Shown: piece after piece, positions 29,201-42,600 of the stretch
How positions within the stretch are numbered: the stretch's first letter is position 1
Layout of the letters: each line of letters opens with the position of its first letter
Origin: the human T2T-CHM13v2.0 reference genome, Homo sapiens
Assembly (NCBI RefSeq): GCF_009914755.1
Contig: NC_060931.1
DNA length: 64,000 nucleotides
Strand: one strand, 5' to 3'
Translations under genes and position numbers: made by a program
The notes under the pieces: generated by a model
Database searches by the model: none
Told to the model about the DNA's origin: nothing
The model's input: the letters and a program-made list of their open reading frames with translations, nothing else

Positions 29201-32200
29201 ATTGCATTGCATTCCAGATGATTCCATTCCATTCCATTCCACTCCATTCCATTCCATATCATTCCATTCCATTCCATTCCATTCCACTCGTGTTGATTCC
29301 ATTCCATTGCCATCCATTCCATTCCACTCGAGTTGATAGCAATCCATTCCATTGCATTCCATTGCTTTCCATTCCATTGCATTCAACTCGGGTTGATTGC
29401 GTTCCATTTCATTGCTTTCCATTCCATTCCATTGCATTCCTTTCCATTCCGTTCCATTCCATTCCATGCGATTCGATTCCATTCCACTCGAATTGACTAC
29501 ATTGCATCCCATTCCATTCCATTCCATTCCATTCCATTCCATTCCATTCCACTCGGGTTTATTCTATTCCATTCCATTCCATTCCTTTCCATTGCATTCC
29601 ATTCCTTCCCATTACATTCTATTCTAATCAGGTTGATTCCATTCCATTCCATTCCATTCCATTCCATTCGCGTTGATACCATTCCATTCCATTCCAATCC
29701 AATCCTATACATTGCATTGCATTCCAGATGATTACATTCCATTCCGCACCACTCCATTCCATTCCATATCATTCCATTGCATTCCATTCCTTTCGATTCC
29801 ATTCCACTCGTGTTGATTTCATTCCATTGTATACCATTCCATTCCACTCGGGTTGATACCATTCCATTCCATTCCATGCCATTCCTTTACATTCCATTGC
29901 ATTCGAGTCGTGTTGATTCCATTCCATTCCATTCAATTCCATAACATTTCATTCCATTTCATTCAACTCGGTTTGATTCCATTCAATTCCATTTCATTCC
30001 ATTCCATTCCACTGCATTCCATTCCATTCCATTCCACTCCGGTTGACTCCATTCCATTCCATTCCATTCCATTGCATTGCATTCCATTCCATTTCAGTCC
30101 GGTTGATTCCATTCCATTCCATTCCATCTCATAGCATTCCATTCCATTCCACTCGCGTTGATTCCATTCCATTCCATTATATTCCACTCGTGATCTTTCC
30201 ATTCCTTTCCATTCCATTCAATTCTATTCCATTCCATTGCATTCCATTCCTTTCCACTACAGTTGATTCCATTGCATTCCATTCCATTCCATTCCATTCC
30301 ATTCCATTCCTTTCCTTTCCATTCCATTCCATTCCTTTGCATTCCATTCCATTCCACTCGGGTTGATTGCATTCCATTCCATTTCATTCCATTCCATTCC
30401 ATCCCATTCCCTTCCATTCACGTTGATACCATTCCATTCCATTCCTTTCCATTGCAATGCATTCCAGATGATTCCATTCCATTCCATTCCATTCCACTCC
30501 ATTCTATTCCATTCTATTCCATTCCATTCCATTTGATTCCATTCATTTCCATTCCATTCCATTCCATTCCTATCTGGTTGATTCCTTTCCATTCCATTCC
30601 ATTCCATTGCATACCATTCCTCTCGGATTTATTCCGTTACATTCCATCCCATTCCATTCCATTCCATGCCACACTGGCTGATTCCGTTCCATTCCATTTC
30701 ATTCCTTTCCATTTCATTCCTTTCCATTATATTCCTTTCCTTTCCATTCCACTCGTGTTGATTCCATTCCATTGCCTTCTTTTCCTTTCCACTCGGGCTG
30801 ATACCATTCCATTCCATTCCATTCCATTCCATTCCATTCCACTCCATTGCTTTCCATTCCATTGCATTCGACTTCGGTTGATTCCATTCCATTCCATTCC
30901 ATTCCTTTCCATTCCATTCCATTCGGGTTGACTCCTGTCCATTCCATTCTATTCCATTCCATTCCATTCCATCCCATTCCACTGGAGTTGATTCCGTTAC
31001 ATTCCATTCCATTCCATTCCATTCCATCCCGTTCTACTCGGGTTTATTGCAATCCATTCCATACCATTCCATTAATTGCAATTCTCTTCCATTCCACACT
31101 GGTGGATGCCTTTCCATTCCATTCCATTCCATTCCATTCCATTCTCGTTGATACCATTCCATTCCATTCCATTCCATTCCTTCCCATTGCATTGAATTCC
31201 AGATGATTCCATTCCATTCCATTAAACTCCATTCCATTCCATATCATTCCATTCCATTCCATTCCTTTCCACTCGTGTTGATTTCATTCCATTGCCATCC
31301 ATTCCATTCCACTCGAGTTGATACCATTCCATTCCATTCCATTCCATTCCATTCCTTTCCTTTCCAATGCATTCCATTCCTTGCCATTCCATTCTATTCT
31401 AATCGGGTTGATTCCATTCCATTCCATTTCATTCCATTCCATTCCATTCCATTCCATTCCATTGCATTCCATTACATTCCATTCCTTTCCATTCCATTCC
31501 TTTGGCGTTGATACCATTCCATTCCATTCCAATCCTATCCATTGCATTGAATTCCAGATGATTACATTCCATTCCATTCCACTCCGTTCCATTCCATAGC
31601 ATTCCATTCCATTCCTTTCCATTCCATTCCACTCGTGTTGATTTCATTCCATTGTATACCATTCCATTCCACTCGGGTTGATACCATTCCATTCCATTCC
31701 ATTCCGTTCCTTTACATTCCGTTGCATTCGAGTCGTGTTGATTCCATTCCATTCCATTCAATTCCATATCATTTCATTCCATTTCATTCACCTCGGTTTG
31801 ATTCCATTCCATTCCATTTCATTCCATTCCATTCCATTGCATTCCATTCCATTCCATTCCATTCCACTCCGGTTGATTCCATTCCATTCCATTCCATTCC
31901 ATTCCATTGCATTGCATTGCATTCCATTCCATTCCACTCCAGTTGATTCCATTCCATTCCATTCCATTTCATTGCATTCCATTCCATTCCACTCGCGTTG
32001 ATTCCATTCCATTACATTCCATTCCACTCGTGATCTTTCCATTCCATTCCATTCCATTCTATTCCCTTCCATTCCATTCCTTTCCACTCCAGTTGATTCC
32101 ATTGCATTCCATTCCATTCCATTCCATTCCATTCCATTCCATTCCATTCCATTCTGTTCCTTTCCATTCCATTCCATTCCACTCGGGTTGATTCCATTCC

Positions 32201-35200
32201 ATTCGTCTTCATTCCATTCCATTCCTTTCCATTCCATTCCATTCCCTTCCATTCTCATTAATACAATTCCATTACTTTCCATTCCATTCCATTCCACTCG
32301 GGTTGATTCCATTCCATTCGTCTTCATTCCATTCCATTCCTTTCCATTCCATTCCATTCCCTTCCATTCTCATTAATACAATTCCATTCCTTTCCATTCC
32401 ATTCCTTTCCATTGCAATGCATTCCAGATGATTCCATTCCATTCCATTCCACTCCATTGAATTCCACTCCATTCCATTCCTTTCCATACCATTCCACTGA
32501 GGTTGATTCCATTCCATTCTATTCCATTCTATTCCATTCCATTCCATTTCATTCCACTCGGTTTGATTCCATTCCATTCCATTTCATTCCATTCCATTAC
32601 ATTCCATTTCATTCCATTCCATTCCGTTCCATTCCATTCCATTCCATTCCATTCCATTCCACTCGTGTTGATTAAATTCCATTGCCTTCCATTCCATTCC
32701 ACTCAGGTTGATTCCATTCCATTCCATTCCTTTCTATTCCATTTCTTTCGATTCCATTGCATTTGAATCGGGTTGATTCAATTGCTTTCCATTCAATTCC
32801 ATTCCATTTCTTTCCATTCCATTCAACTCGTTTTGATTCCATTCCATTCCATTTCATTCCATTCTATTGCATTCCATTCCATTCCATTCCACTCGGGTTG
32901 TTTCCATTCCATTCCATTCCATTCCATTCAATTCCATTTTATTCCACTCAATTCCATTGTAGGAGATTTCTTTCCATTCCATTCCATTCCATTCCATTCC
33001 ATTCCATTCCATTCCATTCCATTCCATTCCATTCCATTCCTTTCCACTCTGGTTTATTCCATTCCATTCGATTCCATTCCATTCCTTTGCATTCCAAACG
33101 TGTTGATTTAATTCCTTTCCATTCCACTCCATTCCATTCCATTCCAGTTGATTCCATTCCATCCACTCCATTCCATTCCATTCTATTCCACTCCTGTTTA
33201 TCTAATTCCATTCCATTCCATTTATTTCCATTTCTTTCGTTTCCATTCGCTTCCATTCAATTCCTTTCCATTCCAATCCATTCCATTCGTGTTGTATCCA
33301 TTTCATTAAATTACATTCCATTCCATTCCATTCGCGTTGAATCCATTTCATTCAATTCTATTCCATTCCATTAACTTCCATTCCATTCCATTCAATTCCA
33401 TTACATTCCCTTCCACTCAGGTTGATTGCCTTCCATTCCATTCCATTCCATTCCATTCCATTCCGTTCCATTCCATTCCATTCCATTTTGGTTTGTTGCA
33501 TTCCATTCCATTCCATTCCATTCCATTCCAATCGGGTTGATTCCTTTCCTTTCCATTCCATTCCATTCCTTTCCTCTTGGGTGGTTTCCATTCCATTCCA
33601 TTCAATTCCATTCCACTGGAATTGATTCCATTCCATTCCATTCCATTCCATTGCATTCCATTCCATTCCATTCCATTGCATTCCATTCCATTCCATTCCA
33701 TTCCACACGGTTTGATTCCATTCCATTCCATTCAATTCCGTTCCATTCCACTCCATTCCTTTCCATTCAACTCCTTTCCATTCCATTCTATTCCATTTCA
33801 TTCCACTCGAGTTGATACCATTCCATTACATTGCATTCCACTTGGCTTGATTCCATTCCATTCCATTTCATTCCATTCCATTCCATTCCATTCCATTCCA
33901 TTGCATTCCATTCCATTCCATTCCATTCCATTGCATTCCATTCCATTCCATTCCATTCCATTGCATTCCATTCCATTCCATTCCATTCCCCTCGGCTTGA
34001 TTCCTTTCCATTCCATTCCAATTCATTCCATACCATTACACTCCGGTTGATTCCATTCCACTCCACTCAATTCAATTCCATTCCATTCCTTCCCATTCCA
34101 TTCCATTCCATTCCTTTCCATTCCATTCCACTCCACTCGATTCAATTCCATTCCATTACACTCCATTCCATTCCATTCCATTCCATTTAATTCCATTCCA
34201 TTCCATTCCATCCCACTCCATTCCACTCGGTTTGATTCCATTCCATTCCATTCTACTGCATTCTATTCCACTCGGGTTGATTCCATTCCATTCCATTCCA
34301 TTCCAATCCTGTCCGTTCCATTCCATTCCATTCTGGTTGATTCCACTTCATTAAATTCCATTCCATTCCGTTCCATTTCATTCCATTCCAGTAGGGTTGA
34401 TTCCATTCAATTACTTTCCTTTCCATTCCATTCCATTCCATTCCATTCCATTCCATTCCACTCCACTCTTGTTGATTCCATTCCATTCCATTCCATTCCA
34501 TTCCATTCCATTCCATGCCATTCCACTCGGATTGATTCCATTCCATTGCTTTTTATTCCATTCCATTCCATTCCCGTCCATTGCATTCCATTCCATTACA
34601 TTACATTCCACTCGAGTTGATTCCATTCCATTCCATTCACTTCCCTTCCATTCCATTCCATTCTATTCCACCCGGGTTGAATCCATTCCATTCCATTCCA
34701 TTCCCTTCCATTCCAATCCATTGCACACAGGTTGATTCCAGTCGATTCAATTCCATCCCATTCCATTCCCTTCCATTCCATTCCATTACATTACACTAGG
34801 GTTGATTCCATTCCGTTCCATTCCATTCCATTCCATTCCATTCCATTCCATTCCATTCCTCTCGGGTTTATTCCATTCCATTCCATTCCATTCCATTCCA
34901 ATCCATTTCATGCCAATACATTCCAGTCGGGTTGATTCCAATCCGTTCCCTTCCATTCCATTCCATTCAATTCCACTCGGGTTGATTCCATTCCATTCCA
35001 TTTCATTCCACTCCATTCCTTTCCATTCCATTCCATTCCCTTCCATTCTCATTAATACCACTCCATTCCTTTCCATTGAATTCCTTTCCATTTCAATGCA
35101 TTCCAGATGATTCCGTTCCATTCCTTTCCACTCCATTCCATTCAATTCCATTCCATTCCAATCCATTCCATTCCACTCCGTTCCATTCCATTCCATTCCA

Positions 35201-37017
35201 TTCTATTCCACTCAAGTTGATTATATTGCATCCCATTCCATTCCATTCCCCTCCATTCCTTTCCATTCCATTGCATTCCTTGCCATTCCATTCCATTCAT
35301 CTCGGGTTGATTCCATTCCAGTCCATTTCAGTTCATTCCATGCCATTCCATTCCATCCCATACGCGTTGATACCATTCCATTCCATTCCATTCCATTCCA
35401 TTCCATTCCATTCTATTCCATTCCTTTCCCTTCCATCCCATTCCAATCGAGTTGATTCAATTACATTCGATTCGATTCCATTCCATTCCATTCCATTCCA
35501 TTTCGTACCACCCTGGTTTATTCCATTCCATTCCGTTCAATTCCATTCCATTCCATTCCATTGCTTGCCATTGCATTACATTCCATTGCATTCCATTGGT
35601 GTTGATTCCAATCCATTACAATCTGTTCCATTCCATTACATTCCACTCGAGTGGATTCCTCTGCATTCCATTCCATTCCATTCCATTCCATTCCATTCCA
35701 TTCCATTCCATTCCACTCCATTGCATTCCATTCCATTCCACTCCATTCCATTCCATTCCATTGCTCTCGGGTTAATTCAATTCCATTCCATGCCATTTCA
35801 TTCCATTCTATTCCATACCATTCCACTCGGGTTTTTTCAATTCCATTCCATTCCATTCCATTCCATTCCATTCCACTCCATGCCACTCATGTTGATTCCA
35901 TTCCATTCCATTTCATTCCATTCCATTAAATTCTATTCCATTGCATTTCATTCCATTCCGTTCAATTCCATACCATTACACTCGTGTTTTTTCCATTCCA
36001 TTCCATTCCATTCCATTCCATTCCATTCCATGCCACTCATGTTGATTCCATTCCATTCCATTTCATTCCATTCCATTAATTTCCATTCCATTCCATTCCA
36101 TTCCATTCCATGCCACTCATGTTGATTCCATTCCATTCCATTTCATTCCATTCCATTAATTTCCATTCCATTCCATTCCTTTCCATTCCATTCCATTCCA
36201 TTCCATTCCATTCCATTCCATTCCATTCCACTCCATGCCACTCATGTTGATTCCATTCCATTCCATTTCATTCCCTTCCATTAAATTCTATTCCATTCCA
36301 TTTCATTCCATTCCATTCTATTCCATACCATTCCACTCGGGTTTTTTCCATTCCATACCATTCCATTCCATGCCACTCATGTTGATTCCATTCCATTCCA
36401 TTTCATTCCATTCCATTAAATTCCATTCCATTCCATTCCATTCCATTCCATTCCATTAAATTCCATTCCATTCCATTCCATTCCATTCCATTCCATTCCA
36501 TTCCACTCTTGTTGATTCCATTCCATTGCCTTCCATTCCATTCCACTAGGGTTGATACCATTCCATTCCATTCCATTGCATTCTTTTCCTTTCCATCTCA
36601 TTCGACTCGGGGTGATTCCACTGCATCCCATTGCATTCCATTCCACTCCATTCCATTCCATTTCATTCCATTCCACTTGGGTTTATTCCATTCCATTTGA
36701 TTCCATTCCTTTCCTTTCCATTCCCTGCCACTCAGGTTGACTCCATTCCATTCCATTTCATTCCATTCCTTTCCATTCAGTTCCACTCCATTGTATTCCA
36801 TTCCATTCCATTCCAATCGTGTTGATTCCATTCAATTGCCTTCCATTCCATTCCACTTGGTTTGATTCCATTCCATTCCATTCCATTCCAATCCTTTCCA
36901 TGCCAATACATTCCAGTCGGGTTGATTCCAGTCCGTTCCGTTCCATTCCATTCCATTCCATTCCATTCATTTCCACTCGCGTTGATTATATTCCATTCCC
37001 TTCCATTCCATTCCATT
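26291..37017 (+). repeat. Domain A higher-order unit, copy 2 (10.73 kb)
   Basis: CCACACGGGTTGATTCCAGTCC at 26291 and 37018. Colinear with 4844-17470 but without the internal duplication (a single GTAGGAGA at 32959). Confidence 0.78.
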
Positions 37018-39624
37018 CCACACGGGTTGATTCCAGTCCTTCAAATTCCATCCCATTGCATTCCATTCAATTACGTTCCATTGCATTCCATTCTATTCCA
37101 CCCTGGTTCATTCCATTCCATTCCATTTCATTCCATTCTATTCCATTCCGCTCGTGTTGATTTCATTCCATTCCATTCCCTTACATTCCACTCGGGTTGG
37201 CTCCATTCCATTCCATTCCTTTCCATCCTTTTCCATTCCATTCTATTCCACTCGGTTTGATTCCATTCCATTCCATTCCATTCCATTCCATTGCATTCCA
37301 TTCCTTTCCATTCCATTCCCGTTGATTGCATTCCATTCCATTCCATTCCATTCCATGCCATTCCACTCTCATTGATTCCATTACATTCCATTCCATTCCA
37401 TTCTATTCCTTTCCATTCCCGTTGATTGCATTCCATTCCATTCCATTCTATGCCATTCCACTCTCATAGATTCCATTCCATTCCATTCCATTCCATTCCA
37501 TTCCATTCCATGCCATTCCACTCTCGTTGATTCCATTCCATTCCATTCCATTCCTTTCCATTCCACTTCCGTTGATTCCATTCCATTCCATTGCATTCCA
37601 TTACATTCCATTCCACTCGGGTTTATTCAATTGCGCTCCATTCCATTCCATTGCATTCCATTCCATTCCATTCCATTCCATTACTTTCCTTTCCATTCCA
37701 CTCGTGTAGATTCCATTCCATTGCCTTCCATTCCATTCCACTAGGGTTGATTCCACTACATTCCTTTCCATTCTTTTCTTTTCCATTCCAATGCGTTCGA
37801 CTCAAGGTGATTCCAAACCATTCCATTCCATTCCATTGCATTCCATTCCATTCCATAGCATTCCATTCCATTCCATTCCATTCCATTCCATTCCATTCCA
37901 TTCCATTGCATTCGGGTTGTTTCCAGTCCATTCCATTCCATTCCGTTCCACTCGAGTTGATTCCATTGCATCCCCTTCCATTTCATCCCACCCCATTCCA
38001 TTCCATTCCATTCCATTCCACTCGGGTTTATTCCATTCCATTCCATTTAATTCTATTCCATTCCTTTCCATTCCATGCCACTCAGGTTGATTCCATTCCA
38101 TTCCATTCCATTCCATTCCATTCCATTCCATTCCATTCCATTCCATTTCATTCCATTCCGTTCCATTGCATTCCATTCGGGTTGAATCCGGTCCATTCCA
38201 TTCTATTCCATTCCATTCCATTCCATTCTATTCCACTCAATTTGATTACATTGCATCCCATTGCATTCCATTCCATTCCCCTCCATTCCTTTCCATTCCA
38301 TTGCATTACTTGCCATTCCATTCCATTCATGTCGGGTTGATTCCATTCCAGTCCATTTCAGTTCATTCCATGCCATTCCATTCCATTCCATTCCATTCCA
38401 TTCCATTCCATAAGCGTTGATACCATTCCATTCCATTCCATTCTATTCCATTGTATTCCTTTCCCTTCCATCCCATTGCAATCGAGTTGATTCCATTGCA
38501 TTCGATTCCTTTCCATTCCATTCCATTCCATTCCATTCCATTCCATTCCGTACCTCTCTGGTCTATGCCATTCCATTCCATTCCTTGCCATTGCATTCAA
38601 TTCCATTGCATTCCATTGGTGTTGATTCCAATCCATTACAATCTGTTCCATTCCATTACATTCCACTCGAGTGGATTCCACTGCATTCCATTCCATTCCA
38701 TTCCATTCCATTCCATTCCATTCCATTCCATTCCACTCCATTCCATTCCATTCCATTCCATTCCATTCCATTCCACTCCATTCCATTCCATTCCATTGCT
38801 CTCGGGTTAATTCCATTCCATTCCATCCCATTCCATTCCATTCTATTCCATACCATTCCACTCGGATTTTTTCCATTCCATTCCATTCCATTCCATTCCA
38901 TTCCACTCCATGGCACTCATGTTGATTCCATTCCATTCCATTTCATTCCATTCCATTCCATTCCATTCCTTTCCACTCCATGCCACTCATGTTGATTCCA
39001 CTCCATTCCATTTCATTCCATTCCATTAAATTCTATTGCATTCCATTTCATTCCATTCCATTCTATTCCATACCATTCCACTCGGGTTTTTTCCATTGCA
39101 TTCCATTCCATTCCATTCCATTCCATTCCCTTCCATTCCATTCCATGCCACTCATGTTGTTTCCATTCCATTCCATTTCATTCCATTCCATTAAATTCCA
39201 TTCCATTCCATTCCATTGCCTTCCATTCAATTCCACTAGGGTTGATTCCACTCCATTCCTTTCCATTCCTTTCTTTTCCATTCCATTGCATTCGACTCAA
39301 GGTGATTCCAATCCATTCCATTCCATTCCATTGCCTTCCATTCCATTCCATAGCATTCTGTTCCATTCCATTCCATTCCATTCCATTGCATTTGGGTTGT
39401 TTCCAGTCCTTTCCATTCCATTCAAATCCATTCCATTCCATTCCATTCCATTCCATTCCGTTCCACTCGAGTTGATTCCATTGCATCCCCTTCCATTTCA
39501 TCCCACTCCATTCCATTCCATTCCATTCCATTCCATTCCATTCCATTCCATTCCATTCCATTCCACTCGGCTTTATTCCATTCCATTCCATTTAATTCTA
39601 TTCCATTCCTTTCCATTCCATGCC

Positions 39625-42600
39625 ACTCGGGTTGATTCCATTCCATTCCTTTCCATTCTATTCCAGTTGGTTCCGTTCCATTCCATTCCATTCCATTCCA
39701 TTCCATTCCATTCCATTCCATTCTATTCCGTTCCATTCCATTCCACTCGTATTGATTACATTCCATTCTATTCCATTCCTTTCCATTCCATTCCATTTCA
39801 TTCCACTCAGGTTGATTCCATTCCATTCCTTTCCATTCCATTCCATTCCATTCTACTCGGGTTGGTTCCTTTCCATTCCATTCCATTCCACTCCATTCCA
39901 TTCCACTTGGGTTGCTTCCATTTCCTTCCATTCCATTCCATTCCTTACCATTCCACTTCATTCCATTCCATTCCCTTCCACTCGGATGGATTCCACTCCA
40001 TTCCATTCCATTCCATTCCATTCCATTCCATTCCATTCCAATCAATTCCACTTGCATTGAATCCATTCCTTTCCGTTCCATTCCATTCCACTCCATTCCA
40101 CTCGGGATGATTCCATTCCATTCCATTACATTCCGTTCCGTTCCATTGGACTCCATTTCAATCCATTCAATTCCATTTGATTCCATTCCATTCCATTCAA
40201 TTCCATTCCATTCCTATCCCCTCAGGTTGATTCCATTCCGTTTATTCCATTCCGTTCCATTCCATTCCATTCCATTCCATTCCATTCCATTCTACTTGGG
40301 TTTATTCCATTCCATTCCCTTCCATTCCCTTATATTCCATTCCATTCCATTCCATTTCATTCCTTTCCATTCCATTCGGGCTGATTCCTTTGCATTCCAT
40401 TCCATTCCATTCCTTTCCGTTGTATTCTATTCAAATCAATTCCATTTCTATCCATTCCATTACACTCCTCTCACTTTGATTCCATTCTATTCCATTCCAT
40501 TCCATTCTGTTCCATTCCTTTCCTTTCCATTCCAGTTGGTTCCATTCCTTTTCATTCCTTTCCATTCCATTCTATTCCGTTCCATTCCATTCAACTCGTA
40601 TTGATTCCATTCTATTCCATTCCATCCCTTTTCATTCCGTTACGTTTCATTCCATTCCATTCCACTCGGATTGATTCCATTCCATTCCATTCCATTCCAT
40701 TCCATTCCATTCCATTCCACTCAGGTTGATTCCATTCCATTCCATTCCATTCTGTCCCATTCCATTCCATTCTATTACATTCCATTCTATTCCATTCCAT
40801 TCCATTCCATTTCATGCCATTCCATTCCACTCATGTTGATTCCATTCCACTGCATTCCATTGCATTCCGTTACATTCCATTCCAATCCATTCCATTACAC
40901 TCGGGTTGATTCCATTTCATTCCATTCCATTCCATTCCATTCCACTCCATTCCATTCCATTCCAGTCGCATTGATTCCATTCCATTCCATTCCATTCCAT
41001 TCCATTCCATTCCATTGCATTCCATTCCACTCGTGTTGATTCCATTGCATTCAATTCCATTCCATTCCATTACTCTCGGGTTGATTCCATTCCACTACAT
41101 TCCATTCCATTCCGTTCCTTTCGGGTTAATTCCTCACCGTTCTATACCATTCTATTCCATGCCATTCCACTCCAATCTCTTTGAGTCCATTCCATTCCAT
41201 TCCGTTCCATTCCATTCCACTCGGGTTGATTCCTTTCCATTCCATTCCATTCCATGCCATGCCATTCCATTCCATTCCATTCCATTCCATTCCATTCCAT
41301 TCCATTCCTGTCACGTTTTTTCCATGCCATTCCATTCCATTCCTTTCCATTCCATTACAGTCGATTCTATTCCGTTCCATTCCATTCCATTCCATTCCAT
41401 TCCACTCCATTCCATTCCACTTGGGTTGCTTCCATTTCATTCCATTCCATTCCAGTCAATTCCACTTGCATTGAATCCATTCCTTTCCATTCCATTCCAT
41501 TCCACTGCATTCCACTCGTGATGACCCCATTCCATTCCATTACATTCCATTCCGTTCCATTGCACTCCACGTAAATCCATTCAATTCAAGTTGATTCCAT
41601 TCCATTGCTATCCCCTCAGGTTGATTCCATTCCATTCTATTCCATTCCATTCCATTCCATTTTACTTGTGTTGATTCAATTCCATTCCCTTCCATTCCCT
41701 TATATTCCATTCTATTCCATTCCATTTCATTCCTCTCCATTCCATTCGTGTTGATTCCATTCCATTCCATTCCATTCCATTCTATTCCGTCCCATTCCAT
41801 TCCACTCGTATTGATTCCATTCCATTCTATTCCATTCCATTTCATTCCATTCCATTCCGTTCCGTTCTATTCCATTCCATTCCATTCCATTCCATTCCAT
41901 TCCATTCCATTGCACCCGGGTTGATTCCATTCCATTCCATTGTATTTGATTCCATTTCATTCAATTCAGGTTGATTCCATAACATTCCATTCTATTCCAT
42001 TCCTTTCCATTCCATTCCACACCATTCTATTCCATTCCATTCCATGCCATTCCTCTCGTATCTCTTTGATTCCATTCCATTCCATTCCATTCTCTTCCAT
42101 TCCACTCGGGTTGATTCCATTCCATTCCATTCCGTTCCATTCCATTCCATTCGGGTTAATTCCATTCCATTCCATTCCATTCTACTCCATTCCATTCCAT
42201 TCCACTCGGATTGATTTCACGGCATTCCAATCCATTCCATTCCCTTCTATTCCATTCCATTCCATTCCAATTCACTCCACTACCTTTGATTCCATTCCAT
42301 TCCATTGCTTTCCATTGCATTCCATTCCATTCCATTCCATTCCATTTCACTCGTGTTGATTCCATTCCATTCCCTTCCATTCCATTCCATTCGATTCCAC
42401 TCGTGTTGATTCCATTCCATTCCCTTCCATTCCATTCCATTCCATGCCATTCCATTCCGTTCCATTCCAGTCCATGCCAATCCATACCATTCCATTACAC
42501 TCTGGTTCATGCCATTCCATTCCATTTCATTCCTCTCCCTTCCATTCCACTCGCGTTGCAACTTAGGTCGATTCCATTGCATTGGATTCCATTCCATTCC

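Larger units (their letters stand above)
1..39625 (+). repeat. Domain A: mosaic HSat3 sub-array built from shuffled copies of a ~10.5 kb unit and its sub-blocks
   Basis: Marker words seen only here: GTTGAATCCGGTCC (1772, 2807, 18744, 20134, 21364, 38181), GTAGGAGATTTC (11623, 13793, 32959), CACTGGGGTTG (6094, 27551), CGCACCACT (~8559, ~24052, ~29745). I did not see any of them after 39.6 kb. Confidence 0.85.

Noticed and set aside
35453-35463. TGATTCAATTA, a match to the DUX4-type consensus on the - strand
   Set aside because: It is an isolated match reachable by one or two substitutions from the common TGATTCCATT word, and it is not shared by paralogous copies.
42551-42575. Non-pentamer words such as GCGTTGCAACTTAGGTCG, GTAGGAGA and CCTGTCACGTTTTTT as foreign insertions or telomere-like seeds
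   Set aside because: They are under ~20 bp, sit where a decamer variant is expected, and have no target-site duplication or element ends. They are best read as mutated satellite.
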